Shown here: piece by piece, positions 8,150 to 18,437 of the stretch
Layout of the letters: each line of letters begins with the position of its first letter
How positions within the stretch are numbered: the stretch's first letter is position 1
The notes under the pieces: model-generated
What the model was told of the DNA's origin: nothing
Databases searched by the model: none
The model's input: the letters and a program-made list of their open reading frames with translations, nothing else
NCBI GenBank assembly: GCA_964399175.1
Contig: CAYNPZ010000004.1
Coordinates: 1 to 49,337, forward strand
Source of the DNA: an uncultured Bacteroidales bacterium
GTDB taxonomy: Bacteria; Bacteroidota; Bacteroidia; Bacteroidales; UBA12077
DNA: 49,337 nucleotides
Direction of reading: 5' to 3'
Made by a program: the position numbers and the translations under genes

Positions 8150-10630
8150 GTGTTATATCCCAGGAATTTCGAGAAAAAAATAGGTTTCGACAAAATCAGG
8201 GAAAGGATAAAAAGCCATTGCTTAAGCACTTTGGGAAAAGAAAAAACCGATCAGATTAAATTTTCCTCTTCCCCAAAATTTATTGCCCTCTTGATTGATC
8301 AGGTTGAGGAATTCAGGGAAATACTTGAAATGGAGGAAAATTTTCCCCTGGAACACTGCATCAACATGAAGGATGCCCTTGAGAAAATAAGAATCGAGGG
8401 CACTTACATGGAACAGGAAGAAGTATATAACCTAAGACTGAATCAGACTACCATCAAAAATATAGTCGGTTTTCTCAAAAAGAGATACAAAGAAGACAAA
8501 TATCACAACCTCCATCATATTGCCAGGAATGTAAAAACTTATCCTTTCATTACAGAACGTATCGATCAGATAATTAACAATAAGGGAGAAATTAAAGATA
8601 CTGCTTCCCCGGAACTGAAAAGGTTAAGGAGAGAGATCAGTGAGAAAGAATCCGCCGTTTCCTCACGGATCGGAAACATATTCAAAAATCTCAAACAACA
8701 GGGTGTTGTGGACGAGGAATCCTCTCTTGCCATAAGGGGAGGCAGGGCCGTTATTCCGGTTGACACACGGCTAAAAAGAAAAATCAGCGGTTTAATACAG
8801 GATGAATCATCCACAGGTAAAACCGTTTATATTGAGCCCACAGAGATCGTTGAGCTTAACAATCAGATCAAGGAAATGCGGTATGAGGAAAAAAGGGAGA
8901 TTATCCGTATCCTGAGAGAGCTGGCAAATGACATCAGGCCATACCTTGATGATCTGGTTCACGCCAATGATTTTCTGGGGACCATAGACTTTATCAGAGC
9001 TAAAGCACTGTTTGCAAGGGAAATTGATGCCATTCGCCCCGCTATGGTTAAACAACCCCATCTCAGGTGGTACAGGGCCATCCATCCCCTCCTCTATCTG
9101 AACTTCAAAAAGGAAAACCGGGAGGTGGTCCCCCTTGATATCGCATTGGACAATGAAAAACGAAGAATGTTGGTAATCAGCGGACCCAATGCCGGCGGCA
9201 AATCGGTGTGTCTTACCACCACCGGCTTGATCCAGTATATGTTACAGTGCGGTCTGCTTGTTCCTTTAAAACCGGGATCAGAAATGGGTATTTTCCGGAA
9301 GATGTTCATTAACATTGGCGACGACCAGTCCATCGAGAACGATCTCAGCACCTATAGCTCCCACCTTTTAAACATGAAAAACTTCCTCAGGTATGCCGAT
9401 GCCCAGTCGCTGATTTTAATAGACGAATTCGGTGCGGGGACCGAACCGACCCTGGGGGGTGCCATTGCAGAAGCCATTCTGGATAAAATGAATAATAAAC
9501 ACATCATGGGCATCATAACAACCCATTATTCCAACCTCAAACATTTTGCTTCATCGGCTGAAGGCATCGAAAACGGGGCCATGCTTTTTGACACTGACAA
9601 CATGTCACCTTTATATAAGCTCACCATCGGAGAACCGGGAAGTTCTTTCGCTTTTGAAATAGCCAAGAAAATCGGGCTCCCTCAACCTGTGCTTGATCAG
9701 GCGTCCAAAAAAGTAGGCAAAAAACACATCAACTTTGACAAAAACCTCAAGGACATTATAAGGGACAAAAGATACTGGGAACAAAAACGCGAGTCCATCC
9801 GGCAAAAGGAAAAGAAACTGGAAAAAGTATTGAATCAGTACGAGGAACAGCTCCAAAACGCTAAAAAAATGCAAAAGGAGGTGAAGAAAAAAGCTAAGGA
9901 GGAAGCCAATGAACTATTGAACAATGCGAATAAAGAGATTGAAAACACCATAAGAAAAATCAAGGAAAGCAATGCCGAAAAGGAAAAAACAAAACAAATA
10001 AGAAAGGATTTCGAGGAATTCAAAAAGAAAAATCAACAATCCGCAGCAAGTGGTGACCTGGAGAAGAAACTGGAAACCCTCCAGAAAGAACAGAAGAATC
10101 TGAGCAATGAATTTAACCCTACGTCACAGAAAAAGAAACCAGCTAAAAAAGAGAAAGATCAGTTAGGCAAGGGGGATAAAGTGAGATTGAAAGAAAGAGA
10201 AGCCGTCGGTGAGGTAATGGACACCAACGAAAACAGCGTACTGGTGGGTTTTGGAAACATCATCACTACCATCAGGAATGATCAGCTGGAGAAGATCAGC
10301 GAAGACGAATACCATAAAGAAACAAAATCTGCCAGGCAGACCACGGGTAACCGGAATTTTGACCTCAGTAAGCGCAAAAGTGAATTCCACCCGGAAATTG
10401 ATGTGAGGGGAAAAAGAGCTGAGGAAGTCCTCCAGGAAGTGAAAGACTTCATCGATGAAGCCATTGTCATCAATATAGAAAGGGTACGAATTCTTCACGG
10501 AAAAGGCAGTGGCATACTCCGACAACTGATCAGGGATTACCTCGATACGGTGGATATGGTAAAAACTTACCGGGACGAACATTTGGAGTATGGTGGATCA
10601 GGCATTACTGTAGTTGAATTCGATCGCTAA
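8150..10630 (+). CDS. mutS2: Endonuclease MutS2 (Smr domain)
   Basis: Walker A ISGPNAGGKS, DEFGAGTEP, TTHY, coiled coil, C-terminal Smr domain (IDVRG...ILHGKGSGILR...GGSGITVV); no mismatch-binding domain. Confidence 0.95.
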   Translation: MLYPRNFEKKIGFDKIRERIKSHCLSTLGKEKTDQIKFSSSPKFIALLIDQVEEFREILEMEENFPLEHCINMKDALEKIRIEGTYMEQEEVYNLRLNQTTIKNIVGFLKKRYKEDKYHNLHHIARNVKTYPFITERIDQIINNKGEIKDTASPELKRLRREISEKESAVSSRIGNIFKNLKQQGVVDEESSLAIRGGRAVIPVDTRLKRKISGLIQDESSTGKTVYIEPTEIVELNNQIKEMRYEEKREIIRILRELANDIRPYLDDLVHANDFLGTIDFIRAKALFAREIDAIRPAMVKQPHLRWYRAIHPLLYLNFKKENREVVPLDIALDNEKRRMLVISGPNAGGKSVCLTTTGLIQYMLQCGLLVPLKPGSEMGIFRKMFINIGDDQSIENDLSTYSSHLLNMKNFLRYADAQSLILIDEFGAGTEPTLGGAIAEAILDKMNNKHIMGIITTHYSNLKHFASSAEGIENGAMLFDTDNMSPLYKLTIGEPGSSFAFEIAKKIGLPQPVLDQASKKVGKKHINFDKNLKDIIRDKRYWEQKRESIRQKEKKLEKVLNQYEEQLQNAKKMQKEVKKKAKEEANELLNNANKEIENTIRKIKESNAEKEKTKQIRKDFEEFKKKNQQSAASGDLEKKLETLQKEQKNLSNEFNPTSQKKKPAKKEKDQLGKGDKVRLKEREAVGEVMDTNENSVLVGFGNIITTIRNDQLEKISEDEYHKETKSARQTTGNRNFDLSKRKSEFHPEIDVRGKRAEEVLQEVKDFIDEAIVINIERVRILHGKGSGILRQLIRDYLDTVDMVKTYRDEHLEYGGSGITVVEFDR

Positions 10631-10641
10631 ATTTATTATCT

Positions 10642-11967
10642 TTGGTCAAAAAACAATTGCAGTTGTTACTCATATATACCAACATTATAACGGCAAGGCT
10701 CACTTACACATGTAATTTTATCTTTCGTGATATATTGGGAGTTGAATTTAAGCTCACCGATGATGAAGCGGAATTCAACAATCATCAGGGCCCTGCTATC
10801 AACTACTCCTCCAGGGATCTGGGCAACCGACTGGTCATCAGGCCCAAAAATCTTCTGTTTGAACATAACATTAATCAACATGAGATTTTTGTAACCCAAT
10901 GGGACAATGTCAAAATTTTCTTTCAGACTGACGACCACTCCTCCATTCCTTTTGACATATTCGCCGCCTCCTTTTATTTGGTTTCCAGGTATGAGGAACA
11001 CCTCCCCTTTCAATCTGACGAACACGGACGCTTTGAAGCCAGGCAAAGTCTGGCTTATAACAGCAGTTTTCTCCAGGAGCCCATTGTCGATCAGTGGGCT
11101 TACATTTTAGCCGACGTGATCCGCGAACATTTCCCGGATTTCCGTCATGCCTCAAGATCGTTCAAATACATTCCCACAATTGATATAGACAACGCTTACG
11201 CCTTTCTTTTTAAGGGGATTAGCCGAACACTCGGTGCTACCCTCCGGTCCATATTCAATTTAAATGTAGAGGATAATATCCGGAGATACCAGACTTTGGC
11301 CGGCAAAAAAGACCCTTATGATACTTACGATATTTTCTTCGACACCCATCAAAAGTACGGCCTGAAACCCATATGGTTTTTTCTGGTGGGAAACAGCGGG
11401 AGGTTCGACAACAACGTTTCGATTGACAAAACAGCCTACCGCAACCTGATCAAAAGCATTTCGGAACGATCAGAAGTGGGAATCCACCCTTCATATAAAG
11501 CCTTCAGGGATCAGGATCTGTTGCAACTGGAGATAAATGATCTGAAAAACATCGTCGGAAAGGATGTGATAAGAAGCCGGCAGCATTACCTGAGGCTCCA
11601 CTTCAACGAAACTTACAGAAACCTCATCAAAGCAGGCATTCAGGAAGATTACACTATGGGATACAGTACCGATATTGGTTTCAGGGCAGGAACCTGTACA
11701 CCATTCCAATATTATGATCTGGCTTATGAGGAAGAAACCAGCCTCACTGTATATCCTTTCCAGTTGATGGACATTACACTAAATCAACACAAAAAATACA
11801 CCGTCAGTGCGGCCATATCTGTCATTGAAGATTTGATAGAGAAGATCAGGAAGGTTAACGGTACATTCGTCACCATATGGCATAATGAAGCATTAAGCGA
11901 CCACGGACACTGGAAAGGGTGGGAAACGGTTTATCGTGAAATGCTCCGTTTGGTCTTCGAAAAATAA
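10642..11967 (+). CDS. Polysaccharide deacetylase (CE4-like) family protein
   Basis: FDIFAASFYLVSRYEE, PTIDID, GIHPSY, RQHYLR, GFRAGTC, IWHN; true start may be the TTG at 10663. Confidence 0.85.
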   Translation: MVKKQLQLLLIYTNIITARLTYTCNFIFRDILGVEFKLTDDEAEFNNHQGPAINYSSRDLGNRLVIRPKNLLFEHNINQHEIFVTQWDNVKIFFQTDDHSSIPFDIFAASFYLVSRYEEHLPFQSDEHGRFEARQSLAYNSSFLQEPIVDQWAYILADVIREHFPDFRHASRSFKYIPTIDIDNAYAFLFKGISRTLGATLRSIFNLNVEDNIRRYQTLAGKKDPYDTYDIFFDTHQKYGLKPIWFFLVGNSGRFDNNVSIDKTAYRNLIKSISERSEVGIHPSYKAFRDQDLLQLEINDLKNIVGKDVIRSRQHYLRLHFNETYRNLIKAGIQEDYTMGYSTDIGFRAGTCTPFQYYDLAYEEETSLTVYPFQLMDITLNQHKKYTVSAAISVIEDLIEKIRKVNGTFVTIWHNEALSDHGHWKGWETVYREMLRLVFEK

Positions 11968-11977
11968 TTTCGGATTT

Positions 11978-12550
11978 TCATTTTTTTTCTTTCATCTCAA
12001 GTATAAAATCTACCGCTTCCTCCAGATCTTTAAATATATAATCGGGAGATTCTTTTATACCTTTCAGGCTATGGCCCGTTCTTACCCCGATGGTGGTGCA
12101 CCCCGCCCTTATTCCTGCAATAATATCACGTTCACTGTCGCCAATAAGGTATGAGTTTTTCAGGTCGATATCAAAATCCTTGGCAGCCCTGTAAAGCATG
12201 CCTGCTTTGGGTTTGCGGCATTCACAATCAAGTATGTATTCCGAATTATTAACTTCTTCGTCCAGCTTTTCTTTGTGGGGACAAAAGTAAATTGCATCGA
12301 GCCGGGCACCTTCTTTCTTCAGTTGGTTCTTCAGCTCACCATGAATATCCTGCAGTTGTTCTATTGTAAGATAATTTCTGGCTACAGCTGATTGGTTGGT
12401 GATCACAATAGCCAGATAACCGGCTTCTTTAATTTTTCTTATCGCACTGGCTGAAAATGGATAAAGCTCTATTTTGTCAGGTGAAAGTACAAAATTTTTC
12501 TCAACATTGATGACTCCGTCCCGATCCAGAAAAATTGCCCGTTTGCTCAT
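11978..12550 (-). CDS. gmhB: D-glycero-D-manno-heptose 1,7-bisphosphate phosphatase (HAD IIIA)
   Basis: FLDRDGVIN, ITNQS, zinc ligands CPH...CECRKP, IGDSERD. Confidence 0.82.
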   Translation of the reverse strand: MSKRAIFLDRDGVINVEKNFVLSPDKIELYPFSASAIRKIKEAGYLAIVITNQSAVARNYLTIEQLQDIHGELKNQLKKEGARLDAIYFCPHKEKLDEEVNNSEYILDCECRKPKAGMLYRAAKDFDIDLKNSYLIGDSERDIIAGIRAGCTTIGVRTGHSLKGIKESPDYIFKDLEEAVDFILEMKEKK

Positions 12551-12777
12551 TAAAAATGCTTATTTATAATTTAACTGTTTTAACCGGGCCACAAATCTAA
12601 TGTATTTTTATAACGAGAAAAACAAAGATATAGTAATGATATCAGCTATAAATTATTGATTTTCTCCCAAAATTTGTCAGAATTTAAATGATAAGGTACT
12701 AATAAGAAAACACTACTCTCAGTATAATTTGTATTTTTGCCGCACAGATCACATCACAATGCTTTGAAAAATAATCT

Positions 12778-13899
12778 ATGAAGATCGTTATTATCGGACC
12801 GGCTTATCCTTTCAGAGGAGGAATTGCAGACACCAACGAGGCACTGTGCCGGAACCTTCAGCGTAAGGGGCATGAAACAATGATTTTTACCTTTAACCTT
12901 CAGTACCCCGAATTGCTGTTTCCCGGGAAAACCCAATATTCAGCTGATCCCCGCCCTGAGTATTTAAGGATAGAAGAACTGATCAGCTCGGTAAATCCCC
13001 TTAGCTGGTTTCAAACTGCCCGCCGTATAAACCAGATAGCGCCCGATCTGCTGATCATCAGATACTGGATACCCTTTATGGCACCCTGTCTGGGAACCAT
13101 AGCACGATTGGTAAAAAAGCGCACACGGATTATTGGAATGACCGACAACGTCATTCCACATGAAAAAAGAACCGGTGACAAATGGCTTACTCAATATTTC
13201 CTTAAAGCATGCCATGGATTCATAACGCTATCTTCAACGGTAAAAGAGGAACTTGAAAGCTTTACCCGCAAACCCTCGGTTTTCTTTCCACATCCCATCA
13301 ACGATAACCTGGGAGAACAAATCGATAAATACGAAGCAAGGGATTACCTGAAGCTGGATAGGGAAGGCAGATATATCCTGTTTTTCGGGATTGTAAGGAA
13401 ATACAAGGGGCTGGACCTGCTTCTAAACGCCCTTGGGAAAAATAAATTAAAAGAAACAGGAGTCAAACTTCTAATTGTCGGGGAGTTTTACGAAAAACCA
13501 TCTGTTTACAATGAACTGATCAATAAGCTGGGACTATCGGAACAGGTTATTATTATCAATAAATTCATTCCTTCCGCCCATATCAGATATTACTTTTGCG
13601 CTTCCGATCTGGTTGCCCAAACCTATCACACTGCAAGCCAAAGCGGCATAACCCAGATCGCGTATCATTTCGAAAAACCCATGCTGGTAACCAATGTGGG
13701 AGGATTGTCCGAAATGGTACCCCATAAAAAAGTCGGGTACGTAGTGGAAAAGAATCCGGATGCAATATCCGAAGCCATCTATGATTTTTTCAGTAACAAC
13801 AAGGCCGGTGATTTTGCACCCTATATCAGGGAAGAAAAAAAGACTTATACATGGGATGCATTCACAGATGAACTTATCGGGCTTTATAAAAGGATTTAA
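12778..13899 (+). CDS. Glycosyltransferase family 4
   Basis: GPAYPFRGGIA, FFGIVRKYKGLD, ASQSGI, VTNVGGL. Confidence 0.9.
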   Translation: MKIVIIGPAYPFRGGIADTNEALCRNLQRKGHETMIFTFNLQYPELLFPGKTQYSADPRPEYLRIEELISSVNPLSWFQTARRINQIAPDLLIIRYWIPFMAPCLGTIARLVKKRTRIIGMTDNVIPHEKRTGDKWLTQYFLKACHGFITLSSTVKEELESFTRKPSVFFPHPINDNLGEQIDKYEARDYLKLDREGRYILFFGIVRKYKGLDLLLNALGKNKLKETGVKLLIVGEFYEKPSVYNELINKLGLSEQVIIINKFIPSAHIRYYFCASDLVAQTYHTASQSGITQIAYHFEKPMLVTNVGGLSEMVPHKKVGYVVEKNPDAISEAIYDFFSNNKAGDFAPYIREEKKTYTWDAFTDELIGLYKRI

Positions 13900-13954
13900 A
13901 ATAGCAAAACGCTTCTATTAAAGACAAATAGCTACAATTCAGGACAAAAAAGGT

Positions 13955-14410
13955 TTACGGATTTTCCCGAAGCATATCTGCAACTACTTTATCCACCGGC
14001 AAGGTCATTTCAGCGGCGGATATATTTTGTACCGAACGCCATCTGAAAGAAATATTCCCGTTCTTCAATTCGGAAAAGTCAAAGGGTTTTTCTGAAATCC
14101 TGAATTGAACGGGTTTCGGGAACTTTGCCCTATAATAAATACTTAAAAGCTGATAATCGGAATAAAACATGGAAGGTTGAAAATAATCGAGTGTATAGAA
14201 ATGACCCAGTACTGCTATATCTTGTCCGAATTCTTCCAATGCTTCCCTTTTCAGGCAATCAATGGTACCTTCTCCAAATTGCAGGCCTCCGCCCGGAAAT
14301 TTGGTCATTTTCATATTCATCTGGTATTCATCTGCCAGTAAAACCTCACGGCGCTCATTGAGGATAAGCCCGTATACCCGAACATTGAACTGCTTTATTT
14401 CTTTACTCAT
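13955..14410 (-). CDS. NUDIX hydrolase
   Basis: Nudix box GGGLQFGEGTIDCLKREALEEFG. Confidence 0.9.
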   Translation of the reverse strand: MSKEIKQFNVRVYGLILNERREVLLADEYQMNMKMTKFPGGGLQFGEGTIDCLKREALEEFGQDIAVLGHFYTLDYFQPSMFYSDYQLLSIYYRAKFPKPVQFRISEKPFDFSELKNGNISFRWRSVQNISAAEMTLPVDKVVADMLRENP

Positions 14411-14424
14411 CTGGCCTTTATATG

Positions 14425-14461
14425 AAAAAAAGGCCGGAGGTTAAAACAATCCCCTCCGGTC
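14425..14461 (-). terminator. Rho-independent terminator after the ECF/anti-sigma operon
   Basis: Minus strand GACCGGAGG-loop-CCTCCGGCC followed by T7. Confidence 0.65.
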
Positions 14462-14491
14462 ATTAAATGATACATCACTGATCAAAACCCA

Positions 14492-14893
14492 TTATTTAAA
14501 AGAAAGTGAACGCAATATCAACCTGTCAAATGCCAGAAGCATGACAATTGCCAGTATTCCAACCGGCACGATGGGAGTTGAAATATCCGTGACCAGTTTA
14601 TCGGCTATCAACTGGAATAACTGGATATATGGCTGAAGCTCCAGGGTCAGGTCCAGCTCTGCAAGAAAATTCCCAGAGCCTGTAAGCGTCTGGTACAAGA
14701 AATACAATACGGGCAGACCAATGGCTAACAGAATATGAAACATCATATTATCCTGTTTATATGGATAAAGCCTTTTTTCTTTCTCTACATTATCCATTAC
14801 TTTGCGGGTGAAGTCCGATCCCGTTTTCTCAATACCCAGATTTTTAAGAAATTCACGGGTTTTCTGGTCTATATCTGTATTCTTGTTTTTCAT
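14492..14893 (-). CDS. Putative membrane anti-sigma factor
   Basis: ATGA overlap with the ECF gene; SDFTRKVMDNV motif followed by two TM helices. Confidence 0.65.
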   Translation of the reverse strand: MKNKNTDIDQKTREFLKNLGIEKTGSDFTRKVMDNVEKEKRLYPYKQDNMMFHILLAIGLPVLYFLYQTLTGSGNFLAELDLTLELQPYIQLFQLIADKLVTDISTPIVPVGILAIVMLLAFDRLILRSLSFK

Positions 14894-15462
14894 AACAGTG
14901 TGTTTAATTCATGTTTCAAAATCCTGTTCAGTTCATCGTATAGCTTTAATCTTGCACGATGCAGCCTGACCTTAACATTGGACTGGGTCAGCTGGGTTAC
15001 GTCTGAAATTTCAGCAACAGATAGTTCATCCTGATAATAAAGCGTAATGATGGTTTTTTCTTCAGGATTCAAATTTTCAATCGCCTGATTGATATACCTT
15101 GTCCTTTCCTTCTCTTCTATCTGTTCCATTTTATTATGAGTATCTTCTATATCAATGTTTTTTTCTTCGTCATCCAGTGAATGGATCTGTTTCTTATTTT
15201 TTCTCAATTGAGAAACGCATAAATTATAAACAATTCTATACAGCCATGTGCTGAATTTAGATTCTTTTCGAAATTTCCTCAATGAGCGATACGCTTTCAT
15301 AAAAGCATCCTGGGCTACTTCTTCAGCATCCTCTCTGTTCTTGAGCATTCTGTTGGCAATGGTGAACACCATATCCTTATGTCGTTCCACCAAAGTTGCA
15401 TAAGACGAATGATCGCCGTTTAAAACCCGTTCTATATAATATTCATCGGAAAATGAGCTCAT
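14890..15462 (-). CDS. ECF RNA polymerase sigma factor
   Basis: Region 2 DAEEVAQDAFMKAY...FSTWLYRI; region 4 LSVAEISDV...VKVRLHRAR. Confidence 0.93.
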   Translation of the reverse strand: MSSFSDEYYIERVLNGDHSSYATLVERHKDMVFTIANRMLKNREDAEEVAQDAFMKAYRSLRKFRKESKFSTWLYRIVYNLCVSQLRKNKKQIHSLDDEEKNIDIEDTHNKMEQIEEKERTRYINQAIENLNPEEKTIITLYYQDELSVAEISDVTQLTQSNVKVRLHRARLKLYDELNRILKHELNTLL

Positions 15463-15518
15463 ATATATTTGGTAATTTCATCCCTTTACTTAACAATTCT
15501 GGATTTGCCTTTGTTTAG

Positions 15519-15548
15519 TATGACGCTTTCACTTCATTACCGGTTACA
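15519..15548 (-). promoter_or_regulatory. Putative ECF-dependent promoter driving the sigma/anti-sigma operon
   Basis: Minus strand TGTAACCGG-N13-GCGTCATA. Confidence 0.75.
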
Positions 15549-15578
15549 TAAAAATACAATAAAATATTGGAAAAAATC

Positions 15579-15608
15579 TGTAACCGGCTATAAAAATATG
15601 GCGTCATA
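15579..15608 (+). promoter_or_regulatory. Putative ECF-dependent promoter driving the DUF6249-like gene
   Basis: Plus strand TGTAACCGG-N13-GCGTCATA, with the same boxes and spacing as the divergent copy. Confidence 0.75.
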
Positions 15609-15653
15609 GATAACAAAGAAAAAAACAAATGTATAATCAAAAAAACTGAAATT

Positions 15654-15980
15654 ATGGATTTAGAAGGTCTTTTAATACCACTTGGTCTTTTCGCGATGAT
15701 ATACGGAATCGTTTATCTCTCGGTAAGAAGAAAAGAAAGAATGGCTCTTATTGAGAGCGGACAAGACGCAAAAATCTTCAACATGGAAAGTAACGCATCA
15801 ATCAGCCTTAAGTTCAGCTTACTGCTGATTGGCCTGGGTCTTGGCTCTCTGGTGGGTTACATTCTGGAAGAAAGTACAGGAATGGAACAAGGAATCTCCT
15901 ACTTTTCAATGATCCTGTTATTCGGAGGTATCGGATTGCTGGTTTATTATTTTATTGCCAGAAAAAGGCCCAAGGAATAG
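15654..15980 (+). CDS. DUF6249-like small membrane protein
   Basis: TM-RRKERMALIESG-TM-TM pattern, divergent from an ECF sigma factor. Confidence 0.8.
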   Translation: MDLEGLLIPLGLFAMIYGIVYLSVRRKERMALIESGQDAKIFNMESNASISLKFSLLLIGLGLGSLVGYILEESTGMEQGISYFSMILLFGGIGLLVYYFIARKRPKE

Positions 15981-16006
15981 CCTAATCCAGGTTAGAAAGC
16001 AAGAAG

Positions 16007-16038
16007 AAATGTCAGTCTTTCACCGGCTGACATTTTTT
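16007..16038 (+). terminator. Rho-independent terminator
   Basis: AAATGTCAGTC-loop-GGCTGACATTT followed by T run. Confidence 0.7.
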
Positions 16039-16285
16039 ATTTGCAAATTTATGCTTATTTTTAACCTGCATAAACAATCCGGGATCAAATATTCAGAGGT
16101 CTCATAAGACTCTGATTCTTCGTTTGAGGAAATCAATAAGAATATAATAATATGAAACCCGCATGCAGTGTCCTGCCCAACAAGAACATGATTAACAAGC
16201 GGGTTCCATGGTGATACAAGCAAAGTTTGTGAATTTAGCATATAAATTAATTTGAAACTCATCCCTCTAATAAACTGTTAATCAA

Positions 16286-17593
16286 ATGAAAGTAGATATC
16301 ACCTGGATCAATGATCTGAAAAGCTGGCTGGAAGGTCTGGGAATGAATGCACAGGTTTCCAATTTCATCACGGTTATTTTGGTCCTTATCCTGGTTATTC
16401 TTCTTGCCTATCTGGCAAATTATCTGGCAAAAAACGTTTTGGTTACCAGCGTAAGGCGAATGGTAAAGAAAAGCAAAACCAAGTGGGATGATATACTGAT
16501 TTCAAGAAAGGTTATTCAAAGGTTTGCCCATCTGGCCCCAGCCCTGATTTTATATTTTGCCCTTAACCTTCTTCTTGCCGGTTATCCTGAAGTTTACTCC
16601 ATAGTAATTTCTGCAATTAATATCTATGTAATATTTATCATTCTTGTAACGCTCGATGCCCTGTTGAGCGCTTTACATGATATCTATCTGACATTGCCAA
16701 TTTCTCAGGAGCGACCCATCAAAGGGTATATTCAGGTGGCTAAAATCATTATCCATTCAATTGGTGGGATCTTAATTTTCTCAGAACTACTTGGAAAAAC
16801 ACCCACAGGTATTTTGGCAAGCCTGGGGGCATTGGCTGCAGTCCTTGTGCTTGTATTTCGCGATACCATACTTGGATTTGTTTCAAGTATTCAACTTTCG
16901 GCCAACAATATGGTGAAACCGGGCGACTGGATCTCCATGCCCAGCAGAAATGCCGACGGAATCGTCATAGACATTACGATAAACACTGTAAAAGTGAGAA
17001 ACTGGGATAAAACCATATCCACAATCCCGACCTATGCACTCATAAATGAATCGTTCCAGAACTGGAAAGGGATGCAGGAAAGCAAGGGAAGAAGAATAGC
17101 CCGGGCAGTTTATATCGACATTAAAAGCATCAATTTTTGCACGGAAGACATGCTGGAACGCTTCAAAAAATTCAGACTGATAAAGGATTATATCATAACC
17201 AAGCAGGAAGAAATCGATGCGTTTAATAAAGAACATGGAATAACAAATGAAGACACAGTAAACAGGAGAAGATTGACGAATGTTGGCGTTTTCCGTAAAT
17301 ATATCCAGACCTACCTGGAAAAGCATCCCAAAATCCACCCCAATGAACCACCCTACATCGTTATGGTAAGACATTTGCAACCAACGGAAAAAGGATTGCC
17401 TATACAGATCTATTGTTTCAGCAAAGAATTTGAATGGAAAAAATATGAAGTGGTTCAGGCGGATATCTTTGACCATATCCTGGCAGTAATATCGGAATTT
17501 GATCTAAGGGTGTTCCAGAATCCTTCAGGAGATGATTTTCGGGTATTGACAGGCCGTGATCTGACCAATCCATCAGCAGAGGATGATATTTAA
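16286..17593 (+). CDS. Small-conductance mechanosensitive channel (MscS family, YbdG-like)
   Basis: LGALAAVLVLVFRDTILGFVSSIQL, GDWISMP, VKVRNWDKTI, NWKGMQES-GRRI, GLPIQIYCF. Confidence 0.92.
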   Translation: MKVDITWINDLKSWLEGLGMNAQVSNFITVILVLILVILLAYLANYLAKNVLVTSVRRMVKKSKTKWDDILISRKVIQRFAHLAPALILYFALNLLLAGYPEVYSIVISAINIYVIFIILVTLDALLSALHDIYLTLPISQERPIKGYIQVAKIIIHSIGGILIFSELLGKTPTGILASLGALAAVLVLVFRDTILGFVSSIQLSANNMVKPGDWISMPSRNADGIVIDITINTVKVRNWDKTISTIPTYALINESFQNWKGMQESKGRRIARAVYIDIKSINFCTEDMLERFKKFRLIKDYIITKQEEIDAFNKEHGITNEDTVNRRRLTNVGVFRKYIQTYLEKHPKIHPNEPPYIVMVRHLQPTEKGLPIQIYCFSKEFEWKKYEVVQADIFDHILAVISEFDLRVFQNPSGDDFRVLTGRDLTNPSAEDDI

Positions 17594-17603
17594 CCTTCAT
17601 GAT

Positions 17604-18359
17604 TCAGCCGGCTGATAAGAGATTTCGCTGACGTACCACTTCATATAAGAGGATACCCGCAGCTACTGATACATTCAGTGATTCAATATCCCCTGCAAGC
17701 GGTATACGCACTGATACATCAAGCTTTTCCAACAGTTTGCCCGAAATTCCTTTATCCTCAGATCCCATTACCAATGCTGTTGGCAGGGTAAAGTCCGCAA
17801 CATAATAGCTTCTGTCCGTTTTTTCCGTAACGGCCACTACCTGTATTCCGCTTTCATGGAGGTAATCTACAGTGGAAAGCATATCCGGGGTGCGGCATAC
17901 TGGAATTTTATACAAGGCACCTGCTGAAGTTTTTACAGCATCTTCGCTGATCCGGGCAAAATGTTTCTGTGATATGACTATGACATCTACTCCTGCACCT
18001 TCTGCAGTTCTCACAATGGCTCCAAAATTCCTTACATCCGTTAAACTGTCAAGAAGCAGAATGAAAGGAGTGGCTCCCTTTTCAAATATACCCGGCAGAA
18101 GGTCAGTTATATTCTGAAATTCAACCGGCGCAAGAAAAGCAATCACCCCCTGATGATTTTTCATGGTAATCTTATTGAGTTTGGCCTGGGGTACAAATTG
18201 ATAGGGTATATTGCGCTCACGGATGGCTGAAAAGAATTCCCGGAAAAATTCATTTTTCAGACCATCCCTGATTAACACCTTATCCAAAGACCGCCCGGAT
18301 TCTATGGCTTCCTTTACCGGTCGGATCCCATATATTAATGATCTTTTATCCTGAGCCAT
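17604..18359 (-). CDS. rlmB: 23S rRNA (Gm2251) methyltransferase
   Basis: IYGIRPV, NHQGVIA, DVRNFGAIVRTA, MGSEDKG, ESLNVSVAAG (SPOUT fold). Confidence 0.9.
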   Translation of the reverse strand: MAQDKRSLIYGIRPVKEAIESGRSLDKVLIRDGLKNEFFREFFSAIRERNIPYQFVPQAKLNKITMKNHQGVIAFLAPVEFQNITDLLPGIFEKGATPFILLLDSLTDVRNFGAIVRTAEGAGVDVIVISQKHFARISEDAVKTSAGALYKIPVCRTPDMLSTVDYLHESGIQVVAVTEKTDRSYYVADFTLPTALVMGSEDKGISGKLLEKLDVSVRIPLAGDIESLNVSVAAGILLYEVVRQRNLLSAG

Positions 18360-18437
18360 CTACTGCAATTTAAACCAATAACCATTTTATATCTTTAAGT
18401 AAGTTCAATGATATAGAGTCTATTAACTTTGACCAGT

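Noticed and set aside
16883-17476. 197-aa antisense ORF, and similar ones such as 45779-46288, 46682-47182 and 47899-48459
   Set aside because: Shadows of well-supported genes on the opposite strand with no recognisable motifs
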